Origin: Octopus bimaculoides
Lineage: Eukaryota
Assembly: GCF_001194135.2 (NCBI RefSeq)
Contig: NC_068983.1
Location: 24,138,443-24,202,442 of the forward strand
DNA: 64,000 nt
Direction of reading: 5' to 3'
Part shown: piece after piece, positions 32,030-45,822 of the stretch
How positions within the stretch are numbered: position 1 is the stretch's first letter
Layout: each line of letters begins with the position of its first letter
The notes under the pieces: model-generated
What the model saw: the letters and a program-made list of their open reading frames with translations, nothing else
Database searches by the model: none
What the model was told of the DNA's origin: nothing
Made by a program: the position numbers and the translations under genes

Positions 32030-32600
32030 GCTCTTCATTGTTTTTCCTAAGCCATTCTGGGTCTTTCATATCTTCTAGTATTCCATCCTCTCTGATGTTG
32101 AGTCCCACTACTTTTTTTGATCTTTTTTGCCTGTTATTAGGTATTCTGTTATTTCTATTCCGTCACATCTTGACATATGCTTTAAGTCCCCTTTGAATTG
32201 ATTTTTATAATTCACTTTGGTGTGTATCATATTTAACCTTAATATTAATATTTCTTTACATGTTCTGACAATCTACTTCTCCAGGTATTCCTGCTGTCTG
32301 AACTTTACATTGCTCAGGAATCTCAATTTTGCATTCTGTATATTTTCTTCTTTTCTTTTTAGTTTTAATTCTTCAACTATTTTCTTTGATTCTTTTCTTT
32401 CACAGTGATTTCTTTAACATTCTTATTGTTTCTAACTCCATTTTTATTTTCCCTTTGTCTTCTCATTTTTCTCAACTCATTAATCCAATTGTCACCTTTT
32501 TCTTCTTTCATCTATCTGTTCAATTAGAATCATTCTTACAATCAGTTTTTCTTCTGAATTACTTGACTCATACATCCACATAATCTTTTCCATTTCATAA
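32030..32600 (-). mobile_element. Decayed LINE ORF2 C-terminus (CR1/L2-group-like)
   Basis: Minus: EYLEK*IVRTCKEILILRLNMIHTKVNYKNQFKG, resembling the RLNM..K.N.K segment before the C-terminal Cys/His motif; homologue at 30175-30335. Confidence 0.45.
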
Positions 32601-33294
32601 ATTATTATATAGTACTAAGGCCATCCCACCTATGACTGCATAGCTGGAAGGGTTTACTATTATTATGGGTATGTGGGTAATTTGTAAATACCTCATCAAG
32701 TGACGACTGTGCCCTTCATAGTTACAAGTTACCCTTTGGTACGGTATAGCACCTGTTCAGCCACCTTTGCCTGGGATATGGCAAAATCATGGGACTACAT
32801 CATGGTGGAATGTGAAGAGGCAGCAGAATAGCTCAACAGAGCCAACAGTGCTTCTTAGATTGATGCTGAGAAGAGGAATTATAGAAGATCAACTGTCAGG
32901 ATCACCAAACTCCAGCAGGAGAGTAATTGCAACGCATCCATAGGGATGGCATTCATGGTTGTGTAATCAGTTAACGAAAGATTTACCATGAATCAAGCTC
33001 TTAATTCAAATTCATAATAATGGAGTTGGATGGGGACAGAGTCATGGGAATCCATGAAAGCAGTTAAGTCAAATAATAGTAAATATTACTGGCATAATTT
33101 TTTCTTCACAGTTGAATGCCCTATCTATTGCTCACCTCTTCACTGAAAAACAGATACAGACTGTACCATCTTTAGGCAGAGGTACACAAGGCAGTTGTCA
33201 AGAGGCCCCATGGATTTAGGAATCCAATACTAATCTATGCAAACTGTGATTTGCTATCAATAGACTAATACTATAGGCAGCACTGGATCAGAAG

Positions 33295-33600
33295 GCACAT
33301 GGCTCAATGGTTAGGACATCAGGCTCACAATCATGAGGTAGTGAGTTTGATCCCCAGACACTTTACTTCACATTGCTCCAGTTTACTCAGCTGTGATATC
33401 ACTGGTGCCAAATTGTATCAGCTTTTGCCTTTCCCTTGGATAACATCAGTGACATGGAGAAGGGAGCCTGGTATGCATGGGCAACTGCCAGTCTTCCATA
33501 AACAACTTTGTCTGGATTTGTGCCTTGGTGGTGGTGGAGTAAATTTCTAGGTGCAATCCCATGGTCATTCATGACCGAAAGGGTCTTTACCCTTTAACCT
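33295..33600 (+). mobile_element. SINE family C-like
   Basis: ggcacatggctcaatggttaggacatcaggctcacaatcatgaggtagtgagtttgatcccc...cattgctccagtttactcagctg. Confidence 0.7.
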
Positions 33601-34138
33601 ACACAGGGCTGGGTTAAGGCCCATTGGGGCCCTAAGCACTGACTATAGGCCCCAGAGCATAACTTTTTCTCAGAATTCTATAATGCTGTTAAGGTGGTGG
33701 CCCAAGATGTAGAACCTGCTTATTGTCAGTCAGAGAAACTAGAGCAAGCAGGAGATAGTGCCTATCTCAAGGACACCACACAATAGCTTGAAAAATTTGA
33801 CTAAATGACCATATGGTTATTTTGTCAATATATCAAAATAAATACCAATGTAATAGGATTTCAATTACCAACAAGTATATATCTGTGTCATTAATCAATC
33901 AATATATTCTTCCAATCTTTGTTATACATATGATTAAATTACTTAATCTTCTCATACACGAAATCACATAAACTATGCAGACATACAATACTAAAATGTA
34001 GTCATTATAAATACCTAATATTAGTTTTGGTTGGTCTACAACAACCATTCCGTCCATTAACTATCTACTGTGGTTTCCCATAATGTATCCAAGACGATAA
34101 CTATGAATGTTAGTGGATACTAAACAAGTTATAATGTT

Positions 34139-34183
<45 letters not shown>

Positions 34184-34417
34184 ATGTTTTTGCCTGTACA
34201 TATTTCTCTCTGTAAGCTATGTTGTTTTGGAACTGAATATCTTTGCATTTCTACATTCATATATATATATGTGTGTATATATAGATATATCGGCATACGT
34301 TTATGAATGTCTGAGTGTGTATGTATGTGTATATGTGTGTTTGTGTGTTTGTATGTGTTTATGTTCGTGTGTGTATGTTTGTGTGTATGTGTGGGATTTT
34401 GTATCTGTGTGTGTATA

Positions 34418-34459
<42 letters not shown>

Positions 34460-34959
34460 TGTTTTCTCTATCCAGTATCTATTAAAAACATATTTGGCAA
34501 ACATTGGCAGAAAATGTTTGAACAACTTTAGTCTAATGAAAATGGTGCCAGTCATACACAGTAGTTATACACAGACAGACACACGTGCACACATACATAC
34601 ATATACATACATACATACATACATACATACATACATACATACATACATACCTGCATACATACATACAGGCAGACAAACAAACAGACAGCATCTGCTAAAC
34701 AATGGTCAAAATATATACCTCAAGCAAGTACATAAAAATGAAGCGAATCACATTCTGCTGGTTGGTAGAGAGTCCCTGAAGAAGATTTTATTTCCTGATC
34801 ATTACTCAGAAGCACAAGGCTAGCACACCTCAGCAAATCTTTTGAAGAGAAACATTCTTCATACCTTGCAACACTGGCTGCAAACCTAGGTGTCACTTGT
34901 AATGTGGAGGAGAGAAAAATCAATAAATGCAGTAAAATTACCTTCTCTAGTCATACAGA

Positions 34960-35185
34960 CTCATAAGTCTGGTTTCCTGGTTTCATGGCATATATATATT
35001 CCCTACCTGGATGGGGTCACCAGTCTGCCATAGGATTACTCATTTTTGTCAGCTGAGTGGACTGGAGCAACGTGAAATGAAGTGTTTTGCTCAAGAACAT
35101 GACTCATTACCCAGTCCAGGAATTGAAACCACAATCTTATGATCATGAATCTAACACTTTAACCCCTAAGTCACATGCCTCCACC
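34960..35185 (-). mobile_element. SINE family C
   Basis: Homologous to 403-598. Confidence 0.8.
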
Positions 35186-35214
35186 AATAAATACAGGGCT
35201 CTGACCAGCTGCTA

Positions 35215-35380
35215 TTAGTTTGTGCCAGTTGCTATTGAGATGTCAGGTTTTCTTGGACCCCATATTATCAATTTCCTCTGCAAAATAGGAATAACAGCTT
35301 GTTGGAGAAATGAGCCCTACAAGGTGAAGTGGTTGTTGCACACCATTTGTTCTGGGGTATATGGCCCATCGCCCTTTTCA
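35215..35380 (+). mobile_element. CRE/R2-like restriction-like-endonuclease C-terminal remnant
   Basis: PVAIEMSGFLGPHIINFLCKIG...EPYKVKWLLHTI resembles the PVAVETLG.WG...FL..IG...WL.QRI C-terminus of REL elements. Confidence 0.45.
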
Positions 35381-35759
35381 ACCCCCATCTTCTGCTGCTC
35401 TACTCCTCTTTTTTCTTTCCTTTCTTATCTTTCTTTTTCTTTATTTCTTTGTATTTAAATGTTACAAATAAACATCATTAATAATTTATGTATAATGGGT
35501 ACATTTCACATGAAACTTAACAGGATAATGGTCTTTCAAATTTTGGCACTAGGACAGCAATTTTTAGGTAAAGTGGAAGTCAATGACATCAACACCAGTA
35601 TTCCACTTGTACTTATTTTATCGACCATAAATGCAAGAAAGGCAAAGCCAACCTCAGCAGCATTTGAACTCAGAACATAAAGATTTGGAAGAAATGCCAC
35701 TAAGCCTTTTGTCTGGTGTTGTAATGATCTTGGAAGCTTGCAGTTGCAGATTACAATAA

Positions 35760-36450
35760 GTATGAAGTATAACTTCTCTTGAACTCACCACTATCTCATC
35801 ATGTCATATCTTGAAGATTATGCAAGCCAAGTCTAGGAGATAGCTATGATATATTTGACAAGAAGCAAGTGAAACAGTGAAACCCTTAAACTTCCAAGAT
35901 GCTACTATAAGTGTTGATTACGTCACTCATCTGTGAAGGACATGACACATCTAATCAATAGATACTCAAAAATGTTATTGAGTCACTATCTGCCATAGTG
36001 ACATGATGTTGCTAAAACCATATCTAATGCCATCCACAGAGAAAAAAACACTACTCTGAGATAGATATAAGCAACACTTCTGTTATTGAATGTATACTTC
36101 CTTACATATCAAAACAAGGAATATTGGTGGAATAATCACATCAAAACTTCCACCAAGTGCAGACAAAGGAGACCTGATATAGTTATTTGCGAAAGAAAAC
36201 AAAAAAGGGTATCATATATGGACAGAAAGGTTAGCAGCTCTGTAGATATGAACATCTCTGCAAAAAATAAGCCAAAAGGAAAATATTTATGGATAATTGC
36301 TTCAAAGTTGTAGCTCTTCTACTTTGATTATAAATTCATTTTCATATCAATAACTATTAATGCACATGGTTGTGTTAGTAAATGCTTAAGTGACAATTTA
36401 GAAAAGTTAGGATTTTCAAGCAAAAAAAAAGGGACTGACTAACACACATA
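35760..36450 (+). mobile_element. R4/Dong-like retrotransposon 3' remnant
   Basis: YWWNNHIKTSTKCRQRRPDIVICERKQKRVSYMD (RPD REL motif), preceded by a decayed knuckle region. Confidence 0.65.
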
Positions 36451-36504
36451 TGTTATTCTGTCATATTTGGTCCCTTGTTTGTTGACTTGTCATTTCCAAG
36501 TTGC

Positions 36505-37455
36505 TTCTTGCTGTTGGTTTCACCTGAGGGGAACAATATTATCGTTGAAGTCACAAAATTACATTTGGTCCTCTGGTTGATAGCTGATGAGGATTTGGTG
36601 ACCTTCTGTTCTGTTTTCCACTTGTTTGTACATTTATTATATGTTTTTAACTTATTATTTAATGGAATGCTACATACTTTTAATTTGTTTACACTAAGTG
36701 TTTTTATATTGTCTATTTCATTCCTTTCTCTCCTTTTCACCCTTTCTTTCTCTTTCTCTTTCTCTCTCTCTCTTTCTTTCTCCCCTTCCATCTCTACATT
36801 TCTTCTGTGCTGCTATTTGTTTCTATCTTTTGCCTTCTATTTCTGCTCTCTGTGTCTCTCTCTACCTTCTACCCCTTTTCTCCCTCCTACTACTGACATG
36901 TAACCCAAGGTCACCATCATCGTTTAGTCTCTTTTCCTTTTCACATTGACCACCAAAGTGACTAGTTGTATTTTCTTGTCTCCCACTTTCAATACATTTC
37001 ACTGTCCCTCTGCCGTCCTGTTTCTAATCCTTTAGGATATTCCTCCTGATGTTAACCATATTTTCATCACCTGTCTGGCCCTAAGGCAATATTCTGTATA
37101 TTTATTTCAGTTTTTTCATATGTCTACATTTCATTTTGTTTGTTTTCATCTTTGTCCCTCGACTATCCATTAATGGTCTTGTCTTAAATTACATTTATTT
37201 CATGTTTGTATGTTCACTTTCTGTAACGCATGTTTGTTTCTTTTTTGTTTGTTTGTCCACTTTCTGTTATGTTTGTCCCCTTTCTTCATTGGTACACCAT
37301 TTCCTGGTGGCCTCTTGCTGCTGGCACCACCAGAAGGGATCAATATTATTATTGACGGTGCGAATTGCATTTGAACCCCTGGTCGATAACTGATAAAGAT
37401 TTGGTGACCTGCGTCTGTTTTCCATTTTTGCATTTATTATATGTTTTTAAACTTA
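36505..37455 (+). repeat. Pair of diverged ~150-bp direct repeats (36505-36655, 37314-37455) around a pyrimidine-rich core
   Basis: cttgctgttggtttcacctgaggggaacaatattatc...ctgatgaggatttggtgacc...ttattatatgtttttaa vs cttgctgctggcaccaccagaagggatcaatattatt...ctgataaagatttggtgacc...ttattatatgtttttaa. Confidence 0.75.
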
Positions 37456-37461
37456 TATATA

Positions 37462-37527
<66 letters not shown>

Positions 37528-38073
37528 TACATATATACATACATGCATGTATACAGATAGGTAGATAGATATGTCAATGTATGCACACATGCACACACAC
37601 ACACACAGACACACACACACACACACACACATGCACACACACGCACAGACTTTTTACTTGCAATTTTGAATTTTAAATTTTGAACTTTTATATCTAAATT
37701 TCTGTATATGAGAAAAGTTAATCTGATACACTAGACCTTTAAAAGGAAAAAGTTAAAATATGAATAATATAATCGCTTCTTGACTTAAAAAAAAATAATT
37801 ACTTTGACTTTATTTTATAGGCACATGGAAAGACTGTGCTTTATTCAACTAAACCCTGGTCTATAGATGATGTGTAGACTACCAGACCTAATGTATTTAA
37901 GAGAATGAAAATCAGGAGCATAGCATATTTCATGAGATTCAAAGCATATCACAAGTTTTACTTGTGATGGCAGTGATCTTGTTAAAAACCAACAATCTGA
38001 AGAATAAATCTCTTTAAAAGAGTAATAAATTCTTTCACTAAGCCTTTTCATGGATTAATACATAACATTAAAG

Positions 38074-38306
38074 TTGATCATTTTGATAACCAATCCACCT
38101 GAGACTACCCCTAGTCCTATGATGCAAATGATCTGTTTTAAAATGATCTAATTAACACCTTCTGTCAACATTCCATCTTAATTTATGTTCTAGATGCCAG
38201 CTTAATAATGATAAAGTTATTTTTTAAATAAATTCTTCATTATTTTCTAAATTAATTGAAACAAAGGCAATGTATTTCAACAGAAATGTAGTAACGAAAG
38301 AGTTAA
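38074..38306. mobile_element. piggyBac-type MITE ending in TTAA
   Basis: Homologous to 15419-15615; ends gtaacgaaagag-TTAA. Confidence 0.55.
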
Positions 38307-38699
38307 ACAAATTTAAAACTTCACTGTGATTTTATAATGATCCCATATACGATGCAGGATTTCAACTATGCTCAGTACACTTAGTTTGCTTGTCTGTCTT
38401 AATGTTTTGTGATTTATAAGTTATATTGTTCTTGAGATAGCAATGTTCGTTTTGAAGATATTTCTCTACTTTCTATGTTTTAATAATCTCTACACTTCAT
38501 AGCTTTTGGTATTAGATGATTTATGATTGAGATTTGATATTTGTATTTATAACAATAAGCAGGTGTAAATATAATGAACATATTTTACTTCTCTTTGGTC
38601 TCTGCATCATATCTATAAATTCCTATAAATTCCTAGGTATAATCACATCTATATAAATTCCCAGGCATAACCATTTCTATTAATTCCCAGGCATAATTT

Positions 38700-39260
38700 T
38701 AAGATTCTGGAAAGACGATTCGTCACATCCCTAGCAAACCATGTGTGGCACCTCAAAGATGAAGGGACCCCATACAATATTAAGTGGAGGATAATAGAGT
38801 GGCTGGGATCCTATATTAATGAGAGTGGGTGCTGTAAGTTTTGCATAGCTGAGTGAGTAAAGATCCTCAAAGAATCTCTGGAACTAAGATTATTGAATTC
38901 CTGGCAAGAAATTTACACCCCTTGCATCCATTTCAGATGCTACCTGCTGCAAGCATGGAATTCCCCATTCGTCAATTAGATCTGTAAAGGTACTTACGAG
39001 CTAAAAGCAACCTAAGGGCAAAGTTCTCCATTTCCCCTTTTTTGACCCAGATGGACTGGTCTAAGAGATTATCTGTCCTTTCCAACCTGGATTGTTTATT
39101 CTTTGTTTACTTGCTAACTAACTGACTGTAATGGATTTCTGCCTCTGGGGTTTGAAGAACTACACAACCTTCGGCTGTAGAGTCCGATGATTCGTTCATG
39201 GAGCTAAGCCCTTAATGGATTTGAAACCGTTGGTCACACTATGACCAAGCATATACTTAA
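38700..39260 (+). mobile_element. Penelope-like element 3' fragment (GIY-YIG C-terminus)
   Basis: TSLANHVWHLKDEGTPYNIKWRIIEWLGSYINESGCCKFCIAE*VKILKESLELRLLNSWQEIYTPCIH; same region as 5500-5850. Confidence 0.75.
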
Positions 39261-39412
39261 CTGCATATAAATACATTACTACTCTATGCTTTAGAGTGTG
39301 TTTCTTTTTCAGATATATGATACATTGACAATTTATATATATATGTATGCATGTATGTATGTATGAATGAATGTATATATTAATGTATAAATAAATATTT
39401 GCATAAACATTT

Positions 39413-39444
<32 letters not shown>

Positions 39445-39569
39445 TTACACACATATTTATACATATATATTTATATATAGACACTCACACACACTCTCTC
39501 TCACACACACACGCACGCACGCACACATACAGGTGAAAAGAAAGAACTACTTTTATGAGATCTAAAACA

Positions 39570-42070
39570 AATTACGATGTGTTTGATTTCATGGCTTGTG
39601 ATTTTAATGGATATGTTTGACAGCATCAGCTTCTCTAGTTAACTCAGAAGATATGATCTGGTCCATGAAATGAGGAGAGATCAAGGCTCCTTAAGTTCTC
39701 TGATGCAAATGTACTAAGCTAACCAACTGAAGCCCCATCTTCAGGAAATCAACCAGCTACTTGATCACCTGTCTATCAGATGAACATAGAAACCAAAATG
39801 ACTGTTTACTCACTAGGAAAACAGATAGATAAGTGATTGGGAATATTATTATTATTTTTTTTTTGCTCGGTGAAAAGTGTACCATTCAATATGGATTAGT
39901 GATTAGTAACTTCAGAAAAAAAGTTAGGTGGACCAAGAGACTAAAAAAAACACTGTAGAGAAGGAGAATATGGAAACTGAAAGGGCCATCAACCAGCAAC
40001 AGGTTTAGAGGTGTATTAATTGGTACATAGTACGAGATGGGGAGGAAATAGGGGAAAGGGTTACTTCCAGTTGTCCCTGTGTTATAGATTTGTTTCCTCC
40101 TCCAGAGGCATCAATTAATTAGTTCTTGTGGAATACCAGAAAGAAAGACCAAAGACATGAGGTTTTCTAGATTTCAGAGCAGTGTGATTGAGAAAATCAA
40201 AATATCATTAGGCATGACATCTTGATTCAGCCTGGTAGCAGGGCATCGGCCTTTACTGATGTTGAAAAGAAAGAGGCATGGAAGAGTCATAATGAGAAGT
40301 TGTTGAATGAGGAAAATGCATAGAAAAATAAGGTCCTACCTCAAATAAAGCTCGTTGTGGGAACTATTATTCAAGTTGACGGCAATATGGTAGATGGAGT
40401 GATTAAGAATATTAAGGCAAGTAAAGCACCTTGTGTATAAGAAATTATTGCTGAGACACTTAAAATGTGTGGTGAAGTAGATCAGAGGCTAGCTATCCAC
40501 ATAGTCAACCAGGTAGTACAGGGAAGGAGAAGTGTGCCATACCCAGTGCCTGAGATAGTAATGACACTGACAACTACCACAAGGGCAAAGGAAATGCACT
40601 GGTAAAAGAAAAGTAGTGAAGCCCAAATTGTTGAACCAGGTTATTGAAAGTATTATAGTTCAATTGATTAGGAAGAAAATCAGTTTAGATGAGATAAGAT
40701 TTGGTTTCATGCCAGATGGATATACTGCTGTTGTTATCTAAATAATGAAACAGCTGTAAGAAAAATACTTAACTATGGTTGATATCTATCAAACTTGAAA
40801 AGGCCTGGGACAAGATTTCAGGTTCTGTGATCTAGTGATTACAGAGGAAGCTTGGATACATAAATGGCTTGAGAGAACAGCCTTACAAGTGATGTACAGA
40901 GGCTCAGTAATGAGTTCAAAATACCCCCAAATAGAGCCCATGGTGGAAACTGTTATTCAAGTTGACAGCCGTATGGTAGATGGAGTGATTAAGAACAACA
41001 AGGCAAGGGAAGCACCTTGTATATAAGAAATTACTGCTAAGACACTTAAAGTGTGTGGTGAAGTAGATCGTAGGCTAGTTATTCATATTGTCAACCAGGA
41101 TTTTAGGATTCAGGTAGGGCACCAGCAGTGCTCAATCCTCAGTCTCCATCTGTTCTTCATTGTCCTCCAAGCTATAGGTGAAAAGTTTAACACCAGTTGT
41201 CCATGTGAATTCCTGTGTGCTGACAACCTAGTTCTTTTAGCTGAATCAGTAGTGGCTTTAAAGAAGAAATTCAATATGTAGAAGCAAAATCTAGAATTGA
41301 GAGAGTCAGTGTAAACTTAGCAAAGACTAAAGTATTAATAAATAAGAGATACCATAGAATAATCGAATAATAGATTCTATCAAAAGCATGGAAGGATACC
41401 TAAAAGTAGTTGAAAGCTTTTGCTATCTAGCTTATTTAATTAGCAGCGAAGTGGATGTTCTAAAAGCACAGTAGCCAGAGTGAGAACAGAATAGAAAAGT
41501 TCAGAGAGCTTTTACCTCTGCTGGCAGCACAAAATTTCCTGCTCAGATTAAACGGCAGATTATATGACACTTGAGTATGAAGTGCAATGTTGAAAGTAGC
41601 AAGATGTGGGCCTTGAATAAAGAGGATTTGCAAAGATTAAAAAGAAATGAAGTGAATATTATACACCCTGCATGCTTTCTAGGATGTGTGATATCAGTGT
41701 ATGTGATTGATACCTGAATGGGTTAGGAAAAAAATTAATTTCAAGTGAGAGTTGGTAAATGAGTTCAGTGACAATTTTAGTGTAAGAGTAAAGTCCTCTC
41801 TCTTAGATACAACATTAGATGTTGCATGTAAAGGAGGCGATTATGAGATGCATATGGAGGAGGGAAACTGTATGAAGAAATGCTACACTTAAAGTGAATG
41901 TAACCTATAGAAGAGAGAGACGAAGAAAGAATTGAGATGAGGTAGTGAAGACTAATCTCAAGATATTGCACCTTACGAAAGAGATGACAAAAGAACATAG
42001 AGACTGGTGTTACACAATGCTGAACAAGACTCAACTACCTGTGTTAGTATGGTAAGCTGAATGTAAAACT
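39570..42070 (+). mobile_element. Heavily decayed RTE-clade LINE (APE endonuclease to 3' end)
   Basis: CDFNGYV*QH and FRKSTSYLIT (APE); AFTDVEKKEAWKSHNEKLLNE; FGFMPDG; QVGHQQCSILSLHLFFIVL; FLCADNLVLLAES (RT); 3' end resembles the family D tail. Confidence 0.8.
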
Positions 42071-42473
42071 GGGGGTATTGGAGGCTGAGAGTTATAGCCA
42101 GGAGAAACGCCTCAATCTGAACTTGTTGTAGTAGTTCATATTCTAGGGTACATAGTGTTTCTCTACTCCATCTTCATTAAGCTTTTGTAGTATCAGACCA
42201 AAAACTCCTTCCTGTCATGCTTCCCTGATGAGCCAGCTTACAATGCCTCTGTGTTCAAGGGAACAAGGAACAGCATTTGGTGTAAATATAGTTCTGTAGA
42301 AACCTGGAGAGTGTTTTGGACACAAAACTGAAGAAAATCTTGCTCAACATTCTGAAGAAGAAGATGATACAAAATTTGTTGATTTTCTCAATACTTTTCT
42401 TTCTGGATATGTATACCCCTTCAGTGTGGTGGTGCGTGGCTTAGTGGTTAGTGTGTCAGCATCATGATCATCA

Positions 42474-42812
42474 GAAGCCTTCGAACGGGGTTTGTTTTCC
42501 ACGATTTCTTCAAACAGCGAAGCTTCCTTTCCAAGGGTCTAGGTCGGCCGGGTCAAGAATCTGTTGATTCTTTTCCTTCGCTTTTGAATTGCACTATAAT
42601 TCTATTAACAGTAGCAAGAGGAATTTGAAGATTTTCGGCAATTTTTTGCTGGCTAAGACCAGTCTCAGTTTGCCCAACAATACGACCTCTTTGAAAATCT
42701 GACAGTTCAGCTGAATGTTTTGTGCATGGCATGGTTGCTCTTTGTAAATGATTAATATAATGGCACCTGGAATGAAAAAGAATAATTACATTGTAAATTC
42801 TACACCACTGAA
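42474..42812 (-). mobile_element. Tc1-like element 5' fragment (paired-domain HTH)
   Basis: From ATG at 42732: [66 protein letters not shown]. Truncated at a SINE C head (42420-42473). Confidence 0.85.
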
Positions 42813-42931
42813 AACATACTAAGATGCTTAGATGAGAAATTTTGAAAATTAAAGGTGTCTATTTACTTCCTGCATGTCTGTGTATGTCTATTTGTTTATA
42901 TCTATCTATCTATCTATATATATATGTATAA

Positions 42932-42986
<55 letters not shown>

Positions 42987-43424
42987 CACATATATACATA
43001 CATATATATATATATATGCATACATACACACATACATGTATATACATACACACACATATATATATGGTGGTTAGGCATTGGTGGGGTGTATAATGCAAAT
43101 ATGTAGGTATGTATGTAAGAATACAGATGTATATGCATATGTATTCAAATATGTGTGGTCTGTGTACAAGTGTGCACATGCTCAAAAACATGCCTTGCAA
43201 TGGGGAGTGAGGTGTGACGTGGAGTAGGAGGTAAAAGAAAACAGATTATCATTGAAACGATATTTCCATTCAACCATTCAATTGTTGGTATTGAGCTGTT
43301 CACATCAGAATTCACGACTTTCTTTTCAGAATACAATAGAGGAATAAATTCTTTTGCAAAAGTGCTTATTACAAATTGTATGTATATAGCATTTCAAAAA
43401 ATGAATTAATAAATAATAATAACA

Positions 43425-43466
<42 letters not shown>

Positions 43467-44254
43467 GTGATGGTAATAATAATAAAAATAATAATTATAA
43501 TAATAATAATAATAATAATGATGATGATGATGATGATGATGATGGATGATGATGATAATAATAATAATAATAAGGAAGAAAAAGAAGAAGTAAAAAATAT
43601 ACAACTTAGCTTAACAAAAGATCAGAAAGATAACCTATATGCAGATAATGTATGCAGATATAACCTCTGCTCTGACATTGTTTAGAGAATAAGTTCCATA
43701 AAGTTTTATATACTATTCGAATGGTTTTTGAAAACTTGATAAAGTAGTTTTAACCTTTCATATTGTCCATATTTTGGTGCCGAATATAAATGTTTCATTT
43801 ATGTAATTTTTATATTCAATCATTCTTCACTCATTCATTCCTTTATTCGTCCTGGTATTGTTTTTACTAAAATAAATTTGTTGGATTGTGTTTTGTTTAT
43901 TTTTTATCTATTTTTTCTGTTTATATATTTATTTATCTATTTATTGCCAAATTTGGATATGTATGAGGTTAACGGAAGTGAGAAGAAGAATATACAGAGT
44001 TGTTATCTTTGCCAAAAAAAAAAGAAAAGCAAAACCCAATTCTCATACTACTGACTATAACTGAATGCATGTGGCCTAGTGGTTAAGTTGTTGCACTCAT
44101 GATTGTAAGATCATGGGTTCGATTCTCAGACCAGGTAGTGCATTGTGTTTTTGAATAAAAGATTTTGTTTCACTTTGTTCTGCAATCACTTTAACATCTG
44201 ACACATGGCACACCATGCATCTGTACAGGCAATGTTGTGAACACTAAACTCTGC

Positions 44255-44847
44255 TTCCAAAGACCTGTTGGGGCAAATGAAATCGGAATTGAAATCGTAA
44301 TTGAACCATACTCGATGACTGGCACCTGCACCAGTGGAGCACTAATAGCACTGTCCGAGTATGTTCATTGCCAGAGCAGCTGTCTGGCTTCCGTGCTAAT
44401 GGCCCATAAATAGCACCATTTGAGAATAATTGTTACCAGAGTTACCTTCTAGCACTTGTGCTGGTAGCATGTTAGAAAATCATTTGAGCGAGGTCGTTGC
44501 CAGTGCCGCTGGACCAGCTCCTGTGAAGGTGGCACATAAAAAGCACCTTTTTGAGCGTGGCCGTTGCCAGTACCGTGTGACTGGCCCTCATGCCAGTGGC
44601 ACGTAAAAGCACCCACTACACTCTCAGAGNNNNNNNNNNNNNNNNNNNNNNNNNNNNNNNNNNNNNNNNNNNNNNNNNNNNNNNNNNNNNNNNNNNNNNN
44701 NNNNNNNNNNNNNNNNNNNNNNNNNNNNNNNNNNNNNNNNNNNNNNNNNNNNNNNNNNNNNNNNNNNNNNNNNNNNNNNNNNNNNNNNNNNNNNNNNNNN
44801 TCATCAAATCGTCCAACCCATGCTAGCATGGAAAGCGGATTTTAAAC

Positions 44848-44890
<43 letters not shown>
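44255..44890 (+). mobile_element. Family D element, long copy (gap inside)
   Basis: Tandem units homologous to 9625-9940; tail gctagcatggaaagcggattttaaacgatgatgat. Confidence 0.85.
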
Positions 44891-45822
44891 GAGCTAATGT
44901 ACAGCACATAATACATTCGATCACTGTAAACAAATCATCTGTGCAAGTTGCTCAAGAAGAAATTGCCAAACTGTGTTTCTTAGTTCAAGAGACAATTGTT
45001 ATTTCTGATTGTAACTGTTTCACCTTAGTCCTCACGTTTTTTGCCAGTCTCCTCTGTGATTGTATTTATTTTGATGCATGTTCACATAGGAAAAAAACTA
45101 TTTCTTTTCTTTTAGTCAGAAGGCAAAGTAGTGCCTGTAAACATTTTACAGGGTCTCTCAACTCTGTAAATTCTCCAGAATTTTCAACTAGTATGACTGC
45201 CGCATTTAAAATAAAAAACATCTATAACGACTTGCTAGCCACTTTTTTCCTGTCTTCTAAGCGTATTTACCCAATCTTCTAAGTTGTGTTTCACAGCTGT
45301 TCTGTGTTTGAGATCGTCTTTATTTTCTGTAGCATACCAACTCATTCAGCGCTTGAAAGATAAGATATATATAAAAATATATATATGTATGTATACATAT
45401 ATTTTAGTGAAATACATCACCACTTGGAAGATACATTCTTAGTGACCATTTGCTAAATATTCATAATAATGTCTAGGGAGTTCTCATATCAGTAGTCAAG
45501 AACTTGAATTTGCCTGGTCATTCCTGTAGCTGCTTTACAGTCTGTGGTAATTTTCAAGAACACTATGGTTTTAATGAGACTTGCAAACACAAGGAGAAAC
45601 ATTCTACCTCAATCTGGGGGCTTAAATTTACACCTTGATTCTCCCTTTCACTTCCTATCTCTCCATTACCCAAAACTGGTTTTGTTGTCATATTTCCATT
45701 CTGGCTAATTTTCCATAATTCTATTTTTTTCACTGTTTTAAAGTAAATTAATATGAAATGAAGAAAATAGCAACATCAGTAAAAACAACAATATCATTAG
45801 TTTTGATATTATTATTATTATT

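Noticed and set aside
42205-42250. CTGATGAG motif
   Set aside because: No downstream GAAA or stem II.
44900-45720. Possible piggyBac transposase remnant on the minus strand
   Set aside because: Only vague motif resemblance across multiple frameshifts; no TIRs found.
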